Origin: the human T2T-CHM13v2.0 reference genome, Homo sapiens
Assembly (NCBI RefSeq): GCF_009914755.1
Contig: NC_060930.1
Length of the DNA stretch: 64,000 bases
Reading direction: 5' to 3' (one strand)
Both the position numbers and the translations under genes were made by a program. The notes under the pieces are model-generated. The model did no database searches. It was not told where the DNA came from and saw only the letters and a list, made by a program, of their open reading frames with translations. Positions 50,301 through 63,874 of the stretch are shown one piece after another (position 1 is the first letter of the stretch; the number at the start of each line of letters is the position of its first letter).

Positions 50301-51629
50301 ACAGGGAACCAACCTGTAAACCCCAAAGGGAGGGTAAGATTTATCTAGGGTGCTTCCCCCCAGCTCTGACAGGACAGATTCCCACAGTAGGAGGTGGGGG
50401 ACTCTCCTAGCCGAATGGGAGGTGAGGGTATGTCTTAGACCTCAGAGGGTCAGGCCTTGGCTAGGGCAGGACCCTGGGACCCTTACTATCTCCTTCCCCT
50501 ATACACATTCATGTCCCACCAGACCTGGAAGGTGCCCCAGTGTGACCCTGACTCGACCCGACCACAGTCGCAGTCTTTCTCCCATCTTCCATCTCTGTCT
50601 CACCTCCCAGCCTTGGAAAACACTTATATTAGTAATAGGCACTAATAATGATAACAAAGGCTGCCCTTTGTTGGGTCCTGGGCATAGCACGTAGATTCAC
50701 TTGTAATCCGTACAAGCGCCCTGTGAGAAGGGTGCATATCACACCCCCATTTTACCAGAGGAGAAGGGAAGCTCAGCTCACATCACTGCTCAAGATCACA
50801 CAGAGCAAGAGGCAGAGCAGACTTGACCCTGGTCTGTACCGTGTCAAAGTCCATGCTTTTTGCCACCATGGGTGATGGGCTGTGTGCCTGCTGTTTCCCC
50901 ACCACAGTGGCTCAGCCAGTCCTCCAGAAAGCTTTCAAGGCTTACCACATCCAGCCCATGTCCCCCTCTGCTTCCTCCCCTAGTGAGAATCTATTGGCCC
51001 TGAGCTCAGCCAGGCTGGATTCATCTGCCACCACCCTGGGCTCTGTGTCTGCAGGCTGCTTCTGCCTCTGTGCAGCCCGGTGGCTCCCTAGGGGCAGGGC
51101 AGGGCCTCTGACTGGCAGGGAGGAGGCACAGAGATGGACAAGATTATCCTCTCAGGAAAGCAGCTGCAGAAAGCGCTGTTTCTCCTTCTGGGAAGGCTTT
51201 ATCTCAAGCTAGTGCTCCTTTCCTCCTTGTGATTCACAGACCTCTCATGATAGTTTGAACGTGTCTTGTTTCAAGTGTTCAAATCTAAAGACTTCCATCA
51301 GATTCCTGACCGCGGCTTTTTCACAGTTATTATCTGTGTCATAACATTGCATACTTGCGGCTTATCATTTTCCAAGCTCTGCATACGGGTTTGGCAGAGC
51401 AGGTTTCACTGATCCCACTAGACAGGTGAGGAAACTGAACCCTAGAGCAGGGAAGTGACACATCTAGAACACGGCCAGGCTTGGTGGCTGAGGCCAGCTC
51501 TGCCGTCACACACTTGGCTCTCCCCGGTGCTGCTTTCTTTGCTGCCTCTGCTGTGTCTGCATCAAGGAGACTTTCTCCTCTGAGGCTGGCTGGCCTTGGA
51601 GTTATACTTTGCGCCTAGCTGCTTCTTCT

Positions 51630-52915
51630 ATTTTTTTAAAGATGTGTTTTATTGAGGTAAAATACACGTAACAAAATGTACCCTCTTAGTCGTTTTTAAA
51701 TGTACAGTTCAGTGGTATTAAGTACATTCACATCGCTGTGTAACCATCACTACCATGCATCTCTAGGACTCTTCATCTTGCAAAACTGAAGCTCTGTATT
51801 AAACACTAACTCCCCATTCCCCTCCCTCCAGTCCCTGGCAACCACCATTTTACTTTCAGTTACTATGAATTTGACTATCCCATGTATCTCAAATAAGTGG
51901 AATCACACAGTATTTGTCTTTGTGTGACTGGCTTATTTCACTTAGCATGATGTCCTCGAGGTTCATTTATGCCGTAGCCTGTGTCAGAATTCCTTCGTTT
52001 TTCACCTGGGCAACATAGTGAGAACCCCCTATCTATAAAAACAAAAAACAAAACAAAACAAAACAAAAAAACAAAAAGAAAGAAAGAAAAAGAAAAGAAA
52101 AAAGAAAAAAAATTGCTGAGTGCGGTGGTGTGCCTGTGATCTCAGCTATTCAGGAGGCTGAGGTGGGAGCATGGTTTGGGCCCAGGAGGTTGAGGCTGTC
52201 GTGGGCTGCAATCATGCGATGGCACGCCAGCCTGGGCAACAGAACAAGAGCCTATCTCAAAAAAAAAAAAGGAATTTCTTCATTTTAAATATTTTAAATG
52301 TTAAATAATCTTGCTTGTCCTTTTATCTATTGATGGACCCTTGGGTTGCCTCCAGCTTCGGGTTATTGTGAATAATGCTGCTATGAACATGGGTGTACAA
52401 GTATCTCTTTGAGACCTGGCTTTCAATTCTTTTGGGTTTACGTATACACCCAGAAGTGGAATTTCTGGATCCTATGGCAATTCTATTTTTAATTTTTTGA
52501 GGAACCATTATACATATTTTCCACAGTGGCTGCACCATTTTACATTCCCACTAACAGTGCAGAGTGTTCCATTTTCTCCATATTCTCTGCTTTCTGCATA
52601 GTAGCCATCCTGATGGGTATGAAGTGATATCTCATTGTGGTTTTGATTTGCATTTCCCTAATAATTAGTGATGTTGAGCATCTTTTCATGTGCTTATTGG
52701 CCATTTGTATATCATCTTTGGAGAAAGGTCTACTCAAGTCTTTTTGCCCATTTTTGAATTTTTGTTGCTGTTATTGGGTTTTAGGAGTTCCCTATATATT
52801 CTGGGTATCAATCCTTTACCAGATATATAATTTGCAAATATTTTCTCCCATACTGTGGACCACTTTTTTACTCTGTTGGTAGAGTCTTTTGATGCACACA
52901 AGTTTATACTTTTCA
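51630..52915 (-). mobile_element. Old L1 (L1M-type) 3' fragment: ORF2 C-terminus and 3'UTR
   Basis: Minus-strand peptides [34 protein letters not shown] and WEKIFANYISGKGLIPRIYREL are L1 ORF2; interrupted by stops and frameshifts. Confidence 0.95.
52005..52270 (+). mobile_element. 5'-truncated AluJ-like element with expanded middle A-tract, inserted in the L1
   Basis: TSD-like gaatt(c/t)cttc(g/a)tttt on both sides. Confidence 0.88.
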
Positions 52916-55900
52916 TGAATGGCCCTAGTTCTTGATGCTGTGCATGTGGCTCCTTCATCTGGGGTTCTGAAGTGACTCACACCTACACTGCTTCTACGTC
53001 TGTCTCCCTGTGTTTATCTGGATGACGTCACCCACCAGGCAAAGAACTCGTTAAGGGCCAGCAGCAGCATAGGGCCTGGCATGTAGTGGGTGCTCAGCAT
53101 GTGTTCGGTGAATGGGTGAATTTGACCTACGTGTGATAACAGATGATTTAAGCTGGGGGTGGGCAGGTGGGAGAGATAAGGAGGCCCCAGCCCCATGCGG
53201 AGAATGGGCACATGATGACCTGCCACTGCCATACAGAAGGCGGATGGAGAGCAACATGGCTGGAGCGAGGGCCCTGGAGCCAGAGTGCCAGATTCCAAAC
53301 CTGGCTCGTGGCTATGCAGCCTTGGCAGGTTACTCAACTCTCATACGCCTCCGTGTCTTTGCCATCTTTGAAATGGGAATAATAATGTTATCTAGCTTAG
53401 AAGGTTGGTTGAAAGGATCAAATGACATGAAAAGCACTGAGGACAGAGCTTAGCACCTCATAAACGCTGTGCTGATGCTGGCTGTCATTATTATGATGTT
53501 ACAGTCTCAGCTCTTTGGGGGCATAGAATACATTTTCTACATCTCTTATGGCCCAGCACCTAAACACAGTGCCTGATCCAGAGCTGGCACTCAGCCAGTA
53601 TTTGTTAATCAAATTAAATTGTCTTTTGTCGTGCAGGCAGTCCTTCCTCATGCCACCCTCAGTTTCTTCTGTTGCAGCTCTGAGCCCCTATCAGTCCTGT
53701 TCTCCGGCATCCTGCTGCACACTGGGTCTTCGTCTCCCCCTGCCCTGCAGGGGCCCCTAGCAAGGGAAACTGCTGGTTCTCAGACCTTCATGAAGGGCTC
53801 CTGGGGCTGGGCTGGGGCAAGGGCTGAGTGAGCTGCGGCAGCAGGTTTGTAACCTCGAATCTGGCCACACTTCGTCCATGTGAACAGTCACTTCTCCAGG
53901 TGTGGACTCAGGTGGAGGTGGCAGGTCAAGAGGAGGGGCTGGAGGAGGGCTGTTGCTCTCCCCTTTCTTTGTCCTCTGTGTCCCCTGCCCCAAGTCACAG
54001 AATCATGGATTCTCAGGGCTGTTCTGCTCCCACAGAGGGGCCCAGGACATTCTGTGTCTGTTCTCCTTACACCTTGCTGGCTGCCTGGTTCACTCTTGGT
54101 ATCAGGGGATCAGAGAGAAGACCATGAGGCCTTCTGTAGAGTGCTGGCCTTGTCTTCCGTCACAGTCTCTCTGATGTGATTATTTTGGCTGGTTCCTTGG
54201 CATCGTTGTTACTCTCAGAGGCACCCTGGAGCCAAAAGCCTTGGAGCAAAAGCGGGAGACATCCCTGATCCTTCGCTGCGTCCAGTGGCAATGGGCAGAC
54301 TCCTGCGGAGGCCCCACTGTCCTCCATTCCCTGGTCAGTTACTATGAATTTGACTATCCCATGTATCTCAAATAAGTGGAATCATACAGTATTTGTCTTT
54401 ATGTGACTGGCTCAGTTCACTTAGCATGATGTCCTTGAGGTTCATTTATGTTGTAGCCTGTGTCAGAATTCCTTCATTTTTTGCCTGGGCGACATAGTGA
54501 GAACCCCCTATCTGAAAAAAAAAAAAAAAAAAAAGAAAAAAAAAGAAAAAGAAGAAAGAAAGAAAAAGAAAAGAAAAAATTGCCGAGTGTGGTGGCACAC
54601 ATGATGCTGCGCATGTGGCTCCTTCATCTGGGGCTCTGAAGTGACTCATGCCTACACTGCCTCTACATCTGTCTCCCTGTGTTTGGTGAATGGGCAAATT
54701 TGACCTACGTGTGATGACAGATGATTTAAGCTGGGGGTGGGTGGGTGGGAGAGATAAGGAGGCCCCAGCCCCATGCAGAGAATGGCACATGATGACCTTG
54801 GTTTATTTAAAGTGGAGTGCTGCCATGGCCAGCTGTGCCCCAGGGGTGCCAGGCCTACACAGGCCTAGGCGGTCAGCTGTGCCCTCTGCCCAGGGCTCAG
54901 CCTTTACTAGGTTTCTGATGTCCTTATGCTCTGACATCACCTCAGGTCCTGTGACTTACCCCCCTCCCACTCAGCAGGGACCTTGTTCTGAAGACTTTGG
55001 CCTTTTCTTGGATGCTCTCGGGCAGTGTGGCAGGTGGTGTCAGGTGGCAGTGGGTGATGGGGAGGCTTGGAGGCTGGCTGGGGGCTGGGGGTGGAGAGGT
55101 ACCACTTTGTCCTGCATGGCTGGCTCTGGGTGTAAGTGCAGTGAGTCACACCTTTCAGGTAGTGGTGAGGAGAGAGGGCAGTGCATGGACCTTGGGTATG
55201 TGTGGGTGTGGGGTTCACACCCCATATGTTCCCATCTTCTGAGAAGTCTAATGGCTGATCTGCATCTGCATGTACTGTGGGACAGGCTTGCATAGGACTG
55301 TGTGACTTGTGGGTGTGAGTGTGGGGATGTGAGGATGGGGGTTACATGTGCCTGTGGATTTCCAGTGAGTACACCTGTCTTAGACCTGAGGGATCTGGGT
55401 CTGTGGGCAGAGGTAGTGACATGCCATACAGGGCCAGTGGGAGTGTGTGCACTCGGTGAGTGTGGGGTGCGTGGGGTTGGTCTATGGTGGTGATGGGATA
55501 GGTATTGAGTGTGATACTGGGCTTGGGGGTTGGGGGTGAGTAGAGGTCACAGTAGAGAATGACCACAAAATTTCAATGTACCTTGATCTGTCTTTATTTT
55601 AATTTAAGCTCGGCCTCTGCCAGGGCTCAGGTTGCTGGGTAATTGTTGGTAGTAGGGGCAGAATTTAGGGCCTGAAGATGTCCTTGGAGGAGGGAGACAT
55701 GCCACCTTCAGCAATGGTGCCTCAAGCAGTCAGGGTCAAGCTTGGCAGGTGGGGATGTAGGAGGTGCCAGGGAGGTCAGGGGTAGTGGTGCTAACATCCT
55801 GGCCTCTTGTCTCTGTGTGTTTCCAAATGACTGTGTGTGTGTGTGTGTGTGGGACATGTTTTGTGTCTGGTGTGTTTTTATGTATACCCATGAGAGCCTG

Positions 55901-56323
55901 TGATGTCTCTACATGTCACTTTTGACCTCAAATGTGTGTGACCTCAAAAGCGACTCAAATGTCTGTGTCTTCATGTGTGTGTATCCATGAGTGGTGCCAC
56001 TGTATTCTATTTTATTTTTTGACTGAAGGAACATGCCACAGTCACATTTTAAAAATTGTACAAACAGAAACAACATTCTAGAACTAAATTTCAACAGTCA
56101 CTGGTATAAATAAATGCCTTTGATATATTGTTCAAACCTAATTTCCTTAAGCGACTAAAAATATGAATTTTTTGTAATAATTTATTTCTTCTAATAATAA
56201 AATGAATCATATTGTGATCAGATGCCTTTATTATCACCATCTGAAAATAGTATTTATTTAATTATTCATTCCCTTTCTTCCCCACTAGGATGTAATCTTT
56301 GTGAGGGCAGGGGTTTATTTATT

Positions 56324-56632
56324 TATTTATTTAAGAGACAGAGTCTTGCCCTGTTTCCCAGGCTGGAGTGCAGTGGTATGATCATAGCTCACTGCAGCCT
56401 CCTGGGCTCAGTGGACCCTCCTGTCTCAGCCTCCCAAGGCTGGGACTATAGGCACACACCACTGTGCCTGGCTAATTTTTTGGTATTTTTTGTAGAGATG
56501 GGGTCTTGCTATATTGCCCAGGCTGGCCTTGAACTCCTGCCTCAAGCGATCCCCCCACTTCAGCCCCTCAAAGTGCTGAGCCATTGGCTTCGGCACTCTG
56601 TTCACGAAGAGGCATGAGCCACTGCACCTGGC
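56324..56632 (-). mobile_element. AluJ-like element inside an L2
   Basis: (TTTA)n tail; TSD agggcaggg. Confidence 0.9.
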
Positions 56633-56916
56633 AAGGGCAGGGATTTTGTCTGTCTTGTTCATGATTGTCTTCCCAAGACATGACCTAGAATAATGCCTGG
56701 CATTAGAAGGTGCTGAATAAATATTTTTAGTATAAGTGAAAGGGAAAGTATTTCTGAGAAAATGGCATTTAAGTAGAGGCCTGCAGGATGAGTAGGCGTT
56801 AACCAGCCAGGAAGGGGTGAGGACTGTGCTAAGCTGCAGGGACAGTGTGTACAAAGGTCCTGAAGTGCGAAGGAGCAGAGTGCATTCTGAGGAACTGACA
56901 GGTGGCGGGTGCAGCT

Positions 56917-56952
<36 letters not shown>
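56917..56952. repeat. (TG)n microsatellite (also 40434-40455, 42294-42326, 55833-55851, 63842-63872; (GA)n at 10203-10223 and 60104-60131)
   Basis: Read directly. Confidence 0.95.
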
Positions 56953-56955
<3 letters not shown>

Positions 56956-58950
56956 GCTTTCTCAGTCATTCGAAGGAGGTTTGAAAGTTGCCAGAGAGTT
57001 TTAAGCAAAGGAGTGACATGATTACAGTCATGTTTTAAAACATCCCTCTTGCTGCTGGAGGAGTCTGGATTCTGGGGCGGGGGTGAGAGTGAAAGCAGCA
57101 GGGCCAGGTAGGGATCTCAGGCGAGAGAGGGTGATGGCTTGGTCCAGGGCAGCTTCTATGAGGCTGGAGCTCCAAGGATAATCAGGAGTTTTTCAGCAGG
57201 AGACTTGGCAGGGTTTTGGTGATAGGCGAGGTGTAGAAGGAGTTCGGAAGGGAAGGAGAGGGAGCTGCTGGGGATGATTCCGAGATTTCTGAGTTGCTTA
57301 ATTGGCTGGATGGTGAGACCATTTATGGGAATGGAGAATTGATACTTGCTAACGACAGGCACTTTACTGGCTGCTTCGCTCGCCCAGTAATCTTCACGGT
57401 CCTCTGAGGTGGGGCAGATGAAAATCCACAAGGAAACAGGGGCTCAGTGATAAAGCCTTTGCTGCAGGACTTACAATTGGTGCGGTGAGGCCCTCCTATC
57501 CAATACCATCAAGGCTTGTAGTTGGTTAGTTTGACAAATGATCATAAAGAAAGAAAACCTGTACAATGTAAAGATTTCATTTTAATTGGAGCCCTATGGA
57601 TGTGCTAACATGTGCCAGCATTTTGATGTATGAATGAAGCCTTCCCCTGGGCACAGGCCCTCCTGTGCCGTGAATGGTCTTCTGGCATAAACTAACCCAT
57701 TATATTCACTTCTTTGGGTTCTGGTTTTGGTTTATTTAAAGTGGAGTGAGAACTTCCTGGCTCTTAAGAACCAATCAAGGGTAGATTCCTTCCAGAACAG
57801 GCCCTCCACCCTGCCCGCCAGCACCATTCTTTATAGTCTGTCTCTTCTATGCCTTGCTCAATGGCAATTTTTTCAGCTGTTTCCTGTTACCAAACTCTTC
57901 CAAAGTGTTCAACCTGGATTTTTAAGAAAAGAAGAAAACTCTTTCTTTTCACATCATATTTCATTGTTTTGTGTCATATTTTATTAAACTGCATACTTAC
58001 AATAACAAGCACAACTGGCAAACAGGTTTGGGGACAGAAATAATGGCTTTTGGGACATGCTTGATTTGGCTGGTGGGAGCAGAAATGGGCAGGCACATTG
58101 GAGAGCACCCGGCTGGAGCCCTCCATGAGGTGGGCCTCTGTCTGAAGACTTCACAGGGGGACTGAGGGGTGATGGGTGAGTCCCTAGGCGAGGCCAGTTA
58201 CCAAATGTCAATGTGGGCGAGTCAGAGAGCTGTCCTTGGGTGATACTTTCTGTGAAGTTTTATAAGAAGCTGAGTTCTGCATTCAGTATTTAGTACACAT
58301 ATTTGGAGCCCCCAGTAATCGATAAGAAATGCTATCAGTCTTTAAGTGCTCAACACTGATTAGGTTTTAAAAGTATATTTTGTACCATAAATAATTAGAT
58401 CTATATTTAATGAGCAGACCTAGGGCACAGGGTGGTGGTTCCTTCTGGAACTTAAGATTTTCCCAAGCCAAGCTCAGGAAAGGCAGGTAGGTATGGCAGT
58501 TGGAGTGGGAGTGGCTGACCCAGATGGCCTCTTTGTTAATCAGGTGTCTGTACTTGCCTAGGCCTGGGGCCTGTTCTGAAAGCCAACTTTTTGGCTTCAA
58601 GGAAGTTCTATTCCTAAAGAGAGTGAAGGTGAGGTTCTCTGGAACAGCAGAAATCTGGATCCAGATATCAGGGCTAACAGGGTGTGTCCTGTCCTCCAGC
58701 CATGGAGGCAGCAGGAGGAGGTGGATGGTGCCTTCTCGATGCCCACTTGGCCCAAGGCAACACAGCGGGTGGGGACCTCACCTGTGAGGACTTGCTAGGG
58801 CAGAGCATCTGGACTGTTCTCAACTGGCTCTGGGGACCATTTAATCTTTCAGAGGGTGGGGGAAGTGAATGGAAGAAGGAGGGATTGGTTGGAAAAGCTT
58901 CAGTGACAGGGCAAACCTGGGCTAAAGGCAACCAGCTGGTCTTGATGGAG

Positions 58951-59080
58951 TGCACCTGTAGTCCCAGCTACTCAGGAGGCTGAGGTGAGAGAACCACTTA
59001 AACCCAGGAGTTCAAGTCCAGCCTGGGCAACATAGTGCAACCCTGTCTCTAAAAAAAAAAAATTTAAAAATTAAAAAAAA
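58951..59080 (+). mobile_element. Alu monomer (FLAM-like)
   Basis: cctgtagtcccagctactcaggaggctgag...cagcctgggcaacatagtg followed by an A tail. Confidence 0.85.
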
Positions 59081-59269
59081 TTTAAAGTGGACCTGTTCTG
59101 TTATTTGTAATCGAGAGGGAAGGGAAGTCATCAGTTTAATTCCTTCGAACCATAATTTATTGAGTCATTGTGTTAGGCTCTGGGAATACTAAGAAAAATA
59201 AGACACCATTCCTGCCCTCAAGGAGTCTAGTCATGGAGGCAGATACCAAGATTGTTTTTATGACAGCCC

Positions 59270-59835
59270 ACATCAGTTGGGAATATATTTGGTATCAAGC
59301 AACAGAATACCCAACAGACAGTGGCTTGAGCAATAAAGACATTGATCAATATCACATCACTGGAAGTCTGGAGGCAGAGGGTTCCAGCTTTGGTGAAAGG
59401 ATGACATCAATGATGCTATCAAAACTCAGCCTTTTTCTATCCTTCTGCTCTGCCATCTTCAACGTGTTAATTTTTGTCTCCATGCTTGTTGCCTCCTGGT
59501 CACAAGATGGCTGCTATGGTGACTCCTATAATTATATTCAAGGCAGAAAAGAAAAAAGCCAAGGAGAGAAAGGGGCTCTATTTTTATCAGGGAAGAAACG
59601 TGTTTCCCAGATACCCCCTCTGAAAATGACCTCTCATGTATCATTGGGCACAACTGAGAGGAAATGCTTCAGGGAGGCTGGGAAACTGAGGGACTAGCAA
59701 ATAGGAACAGGATGCTGGTGATGTCTTAGATGAAGCTTGACTCATCTTCTGGGCCTAGATACATTGTCACCCGAAAAGGTGAGGTTCTGGTGGCAAGGAA
59801 GAAAGGGTGGAGCAGAATCACTGTTAGGTAGGATG
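59270..59835 (-). mobile_element. Old MaLR LTR (MLT1J/K/L-like)
   Basis: caagcaacagaatacccaac...agtggcttgagcaataaagac...gaagtctggagg; tggtcacaagatggctgc. Confidence 0.6.
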
Positions 59836-60100
59836 AGCAGTGCCTGCCTTGTGTGGTAAGAGCTAGGATAGGCTCAGGATGCAAAGAGAAACCAGAGGAG
59901 CAGAGTTGGCCTAACTTGGGGGCTCAGGGAAGGGTTCCTGGAAAAGGTGGCTCCTGAGTGAGTTTTAGAGCGGCTGTATCAAGAACAGTTGCAACGTCAT
60001 CCTAGGTAGATTGACAGCAGGAGCAGAAGCAGAAATAGACATGTGAAATAACCTAGTATGTCCAGGAAAGTGAGCACAATTAGATATTTAGTTAAGTGAT

Positions 60101-60132
<32 letters not shown>

Positions 60133-61179
60133 GAGGTGCAGGTGGAGAGGGGAAGAAACCAGGCCACGGTGGGCTTTGAAAGTCATGCTGTCAACCTTGT
60201 CTAACCAATTTATCCTGGCTTCTGCCAGTGCAGGGGCAGGGCTGGCTGTGCAATTTAGAAATATTACTCAATGCTGGTACAGAGATTGGGTGGGTGGGAG
60301 AGGCCGTGAGAAGCTCAGAGTGCAGCAGGGAGACCAGCAAGGAGGTTCTTGCAGCCATCCAGATGAGAGCTGTGGAGGGCCTGGAACAGACTTGGGCCTG
60401 GAACAGACTTTCCAAAGTCAGACTGCCAATATTTCAGCAAAAAGACAGGCAGGGTTCCATGCCACGAATCTCTGGGTGGGATAGCTGTCTCAAGAGGGCT
60501 GGGAAGCTCTCAAAAATGTACATGACACTGTGCAATCCCACACAGGGTAGTCTGCGTCCCAGTAATGAAGGAAGAAGGGAGGTGACCACAGAAATCAGTG
60601 TGTGGCAGGAGAGCTCTTTGCCAAATTGCTGTGTTAAGGAGGCTTGAACAGAGAAGGGAAGGACAGATGTGAGACAGGACTACGGGCCTGTAAAGAGAGT
60701 TTCTGGCAGATAAAAATAGGTAGAGGTTTGTGAAAGATGCTAGGGGCAACCCAGGCTTGTTTAGCTGTGATCATAGCCAGTCAAGATCAAGGGATCCAGA
60801 GGCTGCAGTTGGGCCTGATGACACAGCACGGGTGGGGAGTGTACGAAGAGTAGGGCTCCTTGCTGCCCCCTGGCAGGAGAGCAGCCTGCAAACCCAGAGG
60901 GCAGCAGTAGATGACACAGAGGCCCAGGGAGCCCTGGAGGTGGGATGGGCCCTCCCCTCTCCACTGCTGCTGGGGTGTTCAAAGGGCCTCTCCCCATAAA
61001 ACAACACTTGGGGCACAAAGGAAGCTTGTGAACCAGACTGCTGGGGCCACTTTGTCCCACCTGAGAAAGCCAAGAGCACGGGGGCCTTGAGAAGGGAAAA
61101 ACGTGGTTCTGAGTTTTAAAAAGAGTCCTGGGCAAGGATCCTTGTGGATTATGGAAGGAGTAGTTAGTGAGCATTAGAA

Positions 61180-63838
61180 AAGTGGGAAGCTTCTGGATAG
61201 CTGGAAACATGGCCGTTCCTGGAGGGCGGTGCGCCCAGGGAGGGCATGGAAGCTCCACGTCCTTCCTGCATACCTTGTCTTACGCATCTGTTCATTGTAT
61301 CCTTGGTACCCCATGTCTGAAGGACATAAAATGATCTTGACACCTGAAACATCCATGCTGTCCCGGGTGATGTCAGAAAAACACTCTAATGAGGACAGCA
61401 GTGCCCAGGAGGGTTCCATAATAAAATGGAAATGGCTTATACAGAATCATGCAACCTGAGGAATGTAAGGAGGAGATATGAGCAGGGAGCCTCATTACAC
61501 CCTAGGACTGACTGTGGAACTGTGTGAGGAGCTGTGGATCCTACAGTGCTCTCAACTGACCAGCAAATAGCTGCTTGGTTTGTGGATGGCAGTTCCAAGG
61601 TAAATGGACAACCTCCTGTTTGGAAGGCTGCTACTATGATCCAAGAAGGTAAAAACTAATCAGCTTGGTGGGCTGAATCACATGCTGCTTTCCTAACAGC
61701 GATGGAAGAATTGAACGATGCCAGAAGCCCCTGTGGTTGGGTTTTTACCGACTCATGGGCATTGGCCAATGGCCTGGCCAGATGGTTAGGCAGAAGGGCA
61801 ATAGAAACCTGGCTTATTGAAGAAATGCCCTTACGGGGCATGGCCCTGTGGAAATCTGAGGGGTGCCTTAAAGTAGAACATGTCAACGCCCACTAAGAAA
61901 GCCCCTCTCCATGTTTGCAAGGTGACTGGAATTGACAAGCAGATATCTCTGTTTCTTTGAGGTGTTCACCTGGGTCCTTGAAATGAGCAGAGATGGGGGT
62001 GCAGAGAAGGGCTGGATCTAGACATGTTCCTTTTGTACCCTCTCCGGCACAAACTGCTAATAAGACTGTTCTGTTTGTCAGCAAGAGAGCCAGAGACTGC
62101 CAATGGCTATGTGGCCATTTCCCTGGTGGGAAGGCCCTAAAGAAAGCTGGCAAGTGAGTGGTACCCTGAGGGGCTACAAGTGGGTCTTGACAGAAATAGA
62201 CACTGGCTCTGGAGTGGACTTTGCTTACCTGGTGGAAGATGAAAATTTTTAGAGTGCCATAAAAAAAAAAAAAAAAAACCAGAACAGAAAATATCGCATG
62301 GATTTGGATGGCCAACCATCCTTTTTTCAGACCAAGGAACACAGTGTACAGCCCATAATATCCAGCAATGAGCAGATAGCTATCCTCCTCAGAGTAAGAG
62401 TTTGATAGAGAAGTGGAATGGGCAATTAAAACATCAGTTGCTGGCCGGGAGCAGTGGCTCACACCTGTAATTCCAGCACTTTGGGAGGCTGATGCGGGTG
62501 GATCACTTAGGTCAGGAGCTCGAGACCAGCCTGACCAACATGGCGAAACACCGTCTCTACAAAAAATACAAAAATACAAAAAATAAAAAAATTAGCTGGG
62601 CATAGTGGCACACACCTATAATCCCAGCTACTCCAGGGGCTGAGGCAGGAGGCAGGAGAATGCTTGAACTCAGGAGGCGGAGATTGCAGTGGGCCGAGAT
62701 TGCACCACTGCACTCCAGCCTGGGTGACAGAGTGAGACTTTGTCTCAAAAATAAATAAATGAAATAAAAATAAAAATTGGTTTTCTAAGACAAAGTCGAG
62801 ATGAAAGCACGCAGGGCTGGCTTACATGCCTTCACAAGTGCGTGCTCACCTCAACATGAGTGGGACTGAAGAGGCGTCCCCACTGGGTTTTTCTCTGTTT
62901 TTCTGGTTGATCTGGGGAAGATGGGGCAGGGAGGATGCTGGTATGACGATGCAATTCTTGCCAAGGGAGGAGTACACTGGTATAACGACTATATATATTT
63001 TTTCTTCCCCAAATCACCTTAAAAATTTTTTTCCCCTGCCTGATGCAGTGGTTCTAGGACCAGGGCTGCAACCAAAAGTGCTGGAAGCAGGGATGATTTC
63101 TAAGCAAGACACTGTCACTATGCTTTTAAACCTTACATCAGAATTCTTAAGTGCCTAATGGGGGAGGGTTGTGCCTTTACCCCATCTAGCAAAAGTGGGG
63201 CTAAGAGTGAATGCAGCTATATTGCCTGGTGGTAAAAATAGCTCACCAGTTCTGCACCTATGTAACTTTACCCTATCTGAATGGGAGCGAACTGAGGAGG
63301 AAGTACTTGCTAAGCTTGTATTGCTGCCTGCAAACTAGACTAGCACAGTGGCGATTCTAATGTCCCTTCCAAAGGTGAAAAAGTTTGGGTATTAATGGAG
63401 AGAAGGAGAAACAGTAGCTGAGGGTAAAGGAATGAATAAATGGGTTATAAATGGAGGGAAGTCCAACATTACATTAACACCTTCAAAGAGACTCAGAGCA
63501 AGTGACAACATTATTGCTTAGCTCAATTATAACAGATGCCCAAAAGGTGAAAACGATGTTTGCTGAGACCATTCATGCTTTTGGAACCTGACAAGATTGA
63601 AAGGAAGCCTACAAGCCTGAGTGGCCTCCCCTGGGAGACATATTCGTACCTTACAATGATTGACTGGACTAATTACTAATGACTGAATGGGATTCTCGCA
63701 ATGTGGCAGTATGTTTCTTTTTTTTAAACTAAAAATAATTCCCAGAACTGAGCAGATGTGGCAGTATGTTTTGAGTTGTACATTCTTTTGATGTGAAGGA
63801 TTCATGTTTGAAAACAAGGGAATGGCCTGTGATATTAC

Positions 63839-63874
<36 letters not shown>

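Noticed and set aside
52323-52958. L1 ORF2-like peptides as a functional gene
   Set aside because: Fragmented by stops and frameshifts, 5'-truncated and Alu-interrupted.
54321-54827. Patchwork segment as a processed (spliced) retrocopy
   Set aside because: Skipped intervals lack GT-AG ends on either strand, there is no terminal polyA or TSD, and the internal A-tract is inherited from the Alu.
59170-59697. 175-aa ORF with a hydrophobic stretch
   Set aside because: Lies within L2/MaLR-derived sequence, has a non-ATG start and no splice or domain support.
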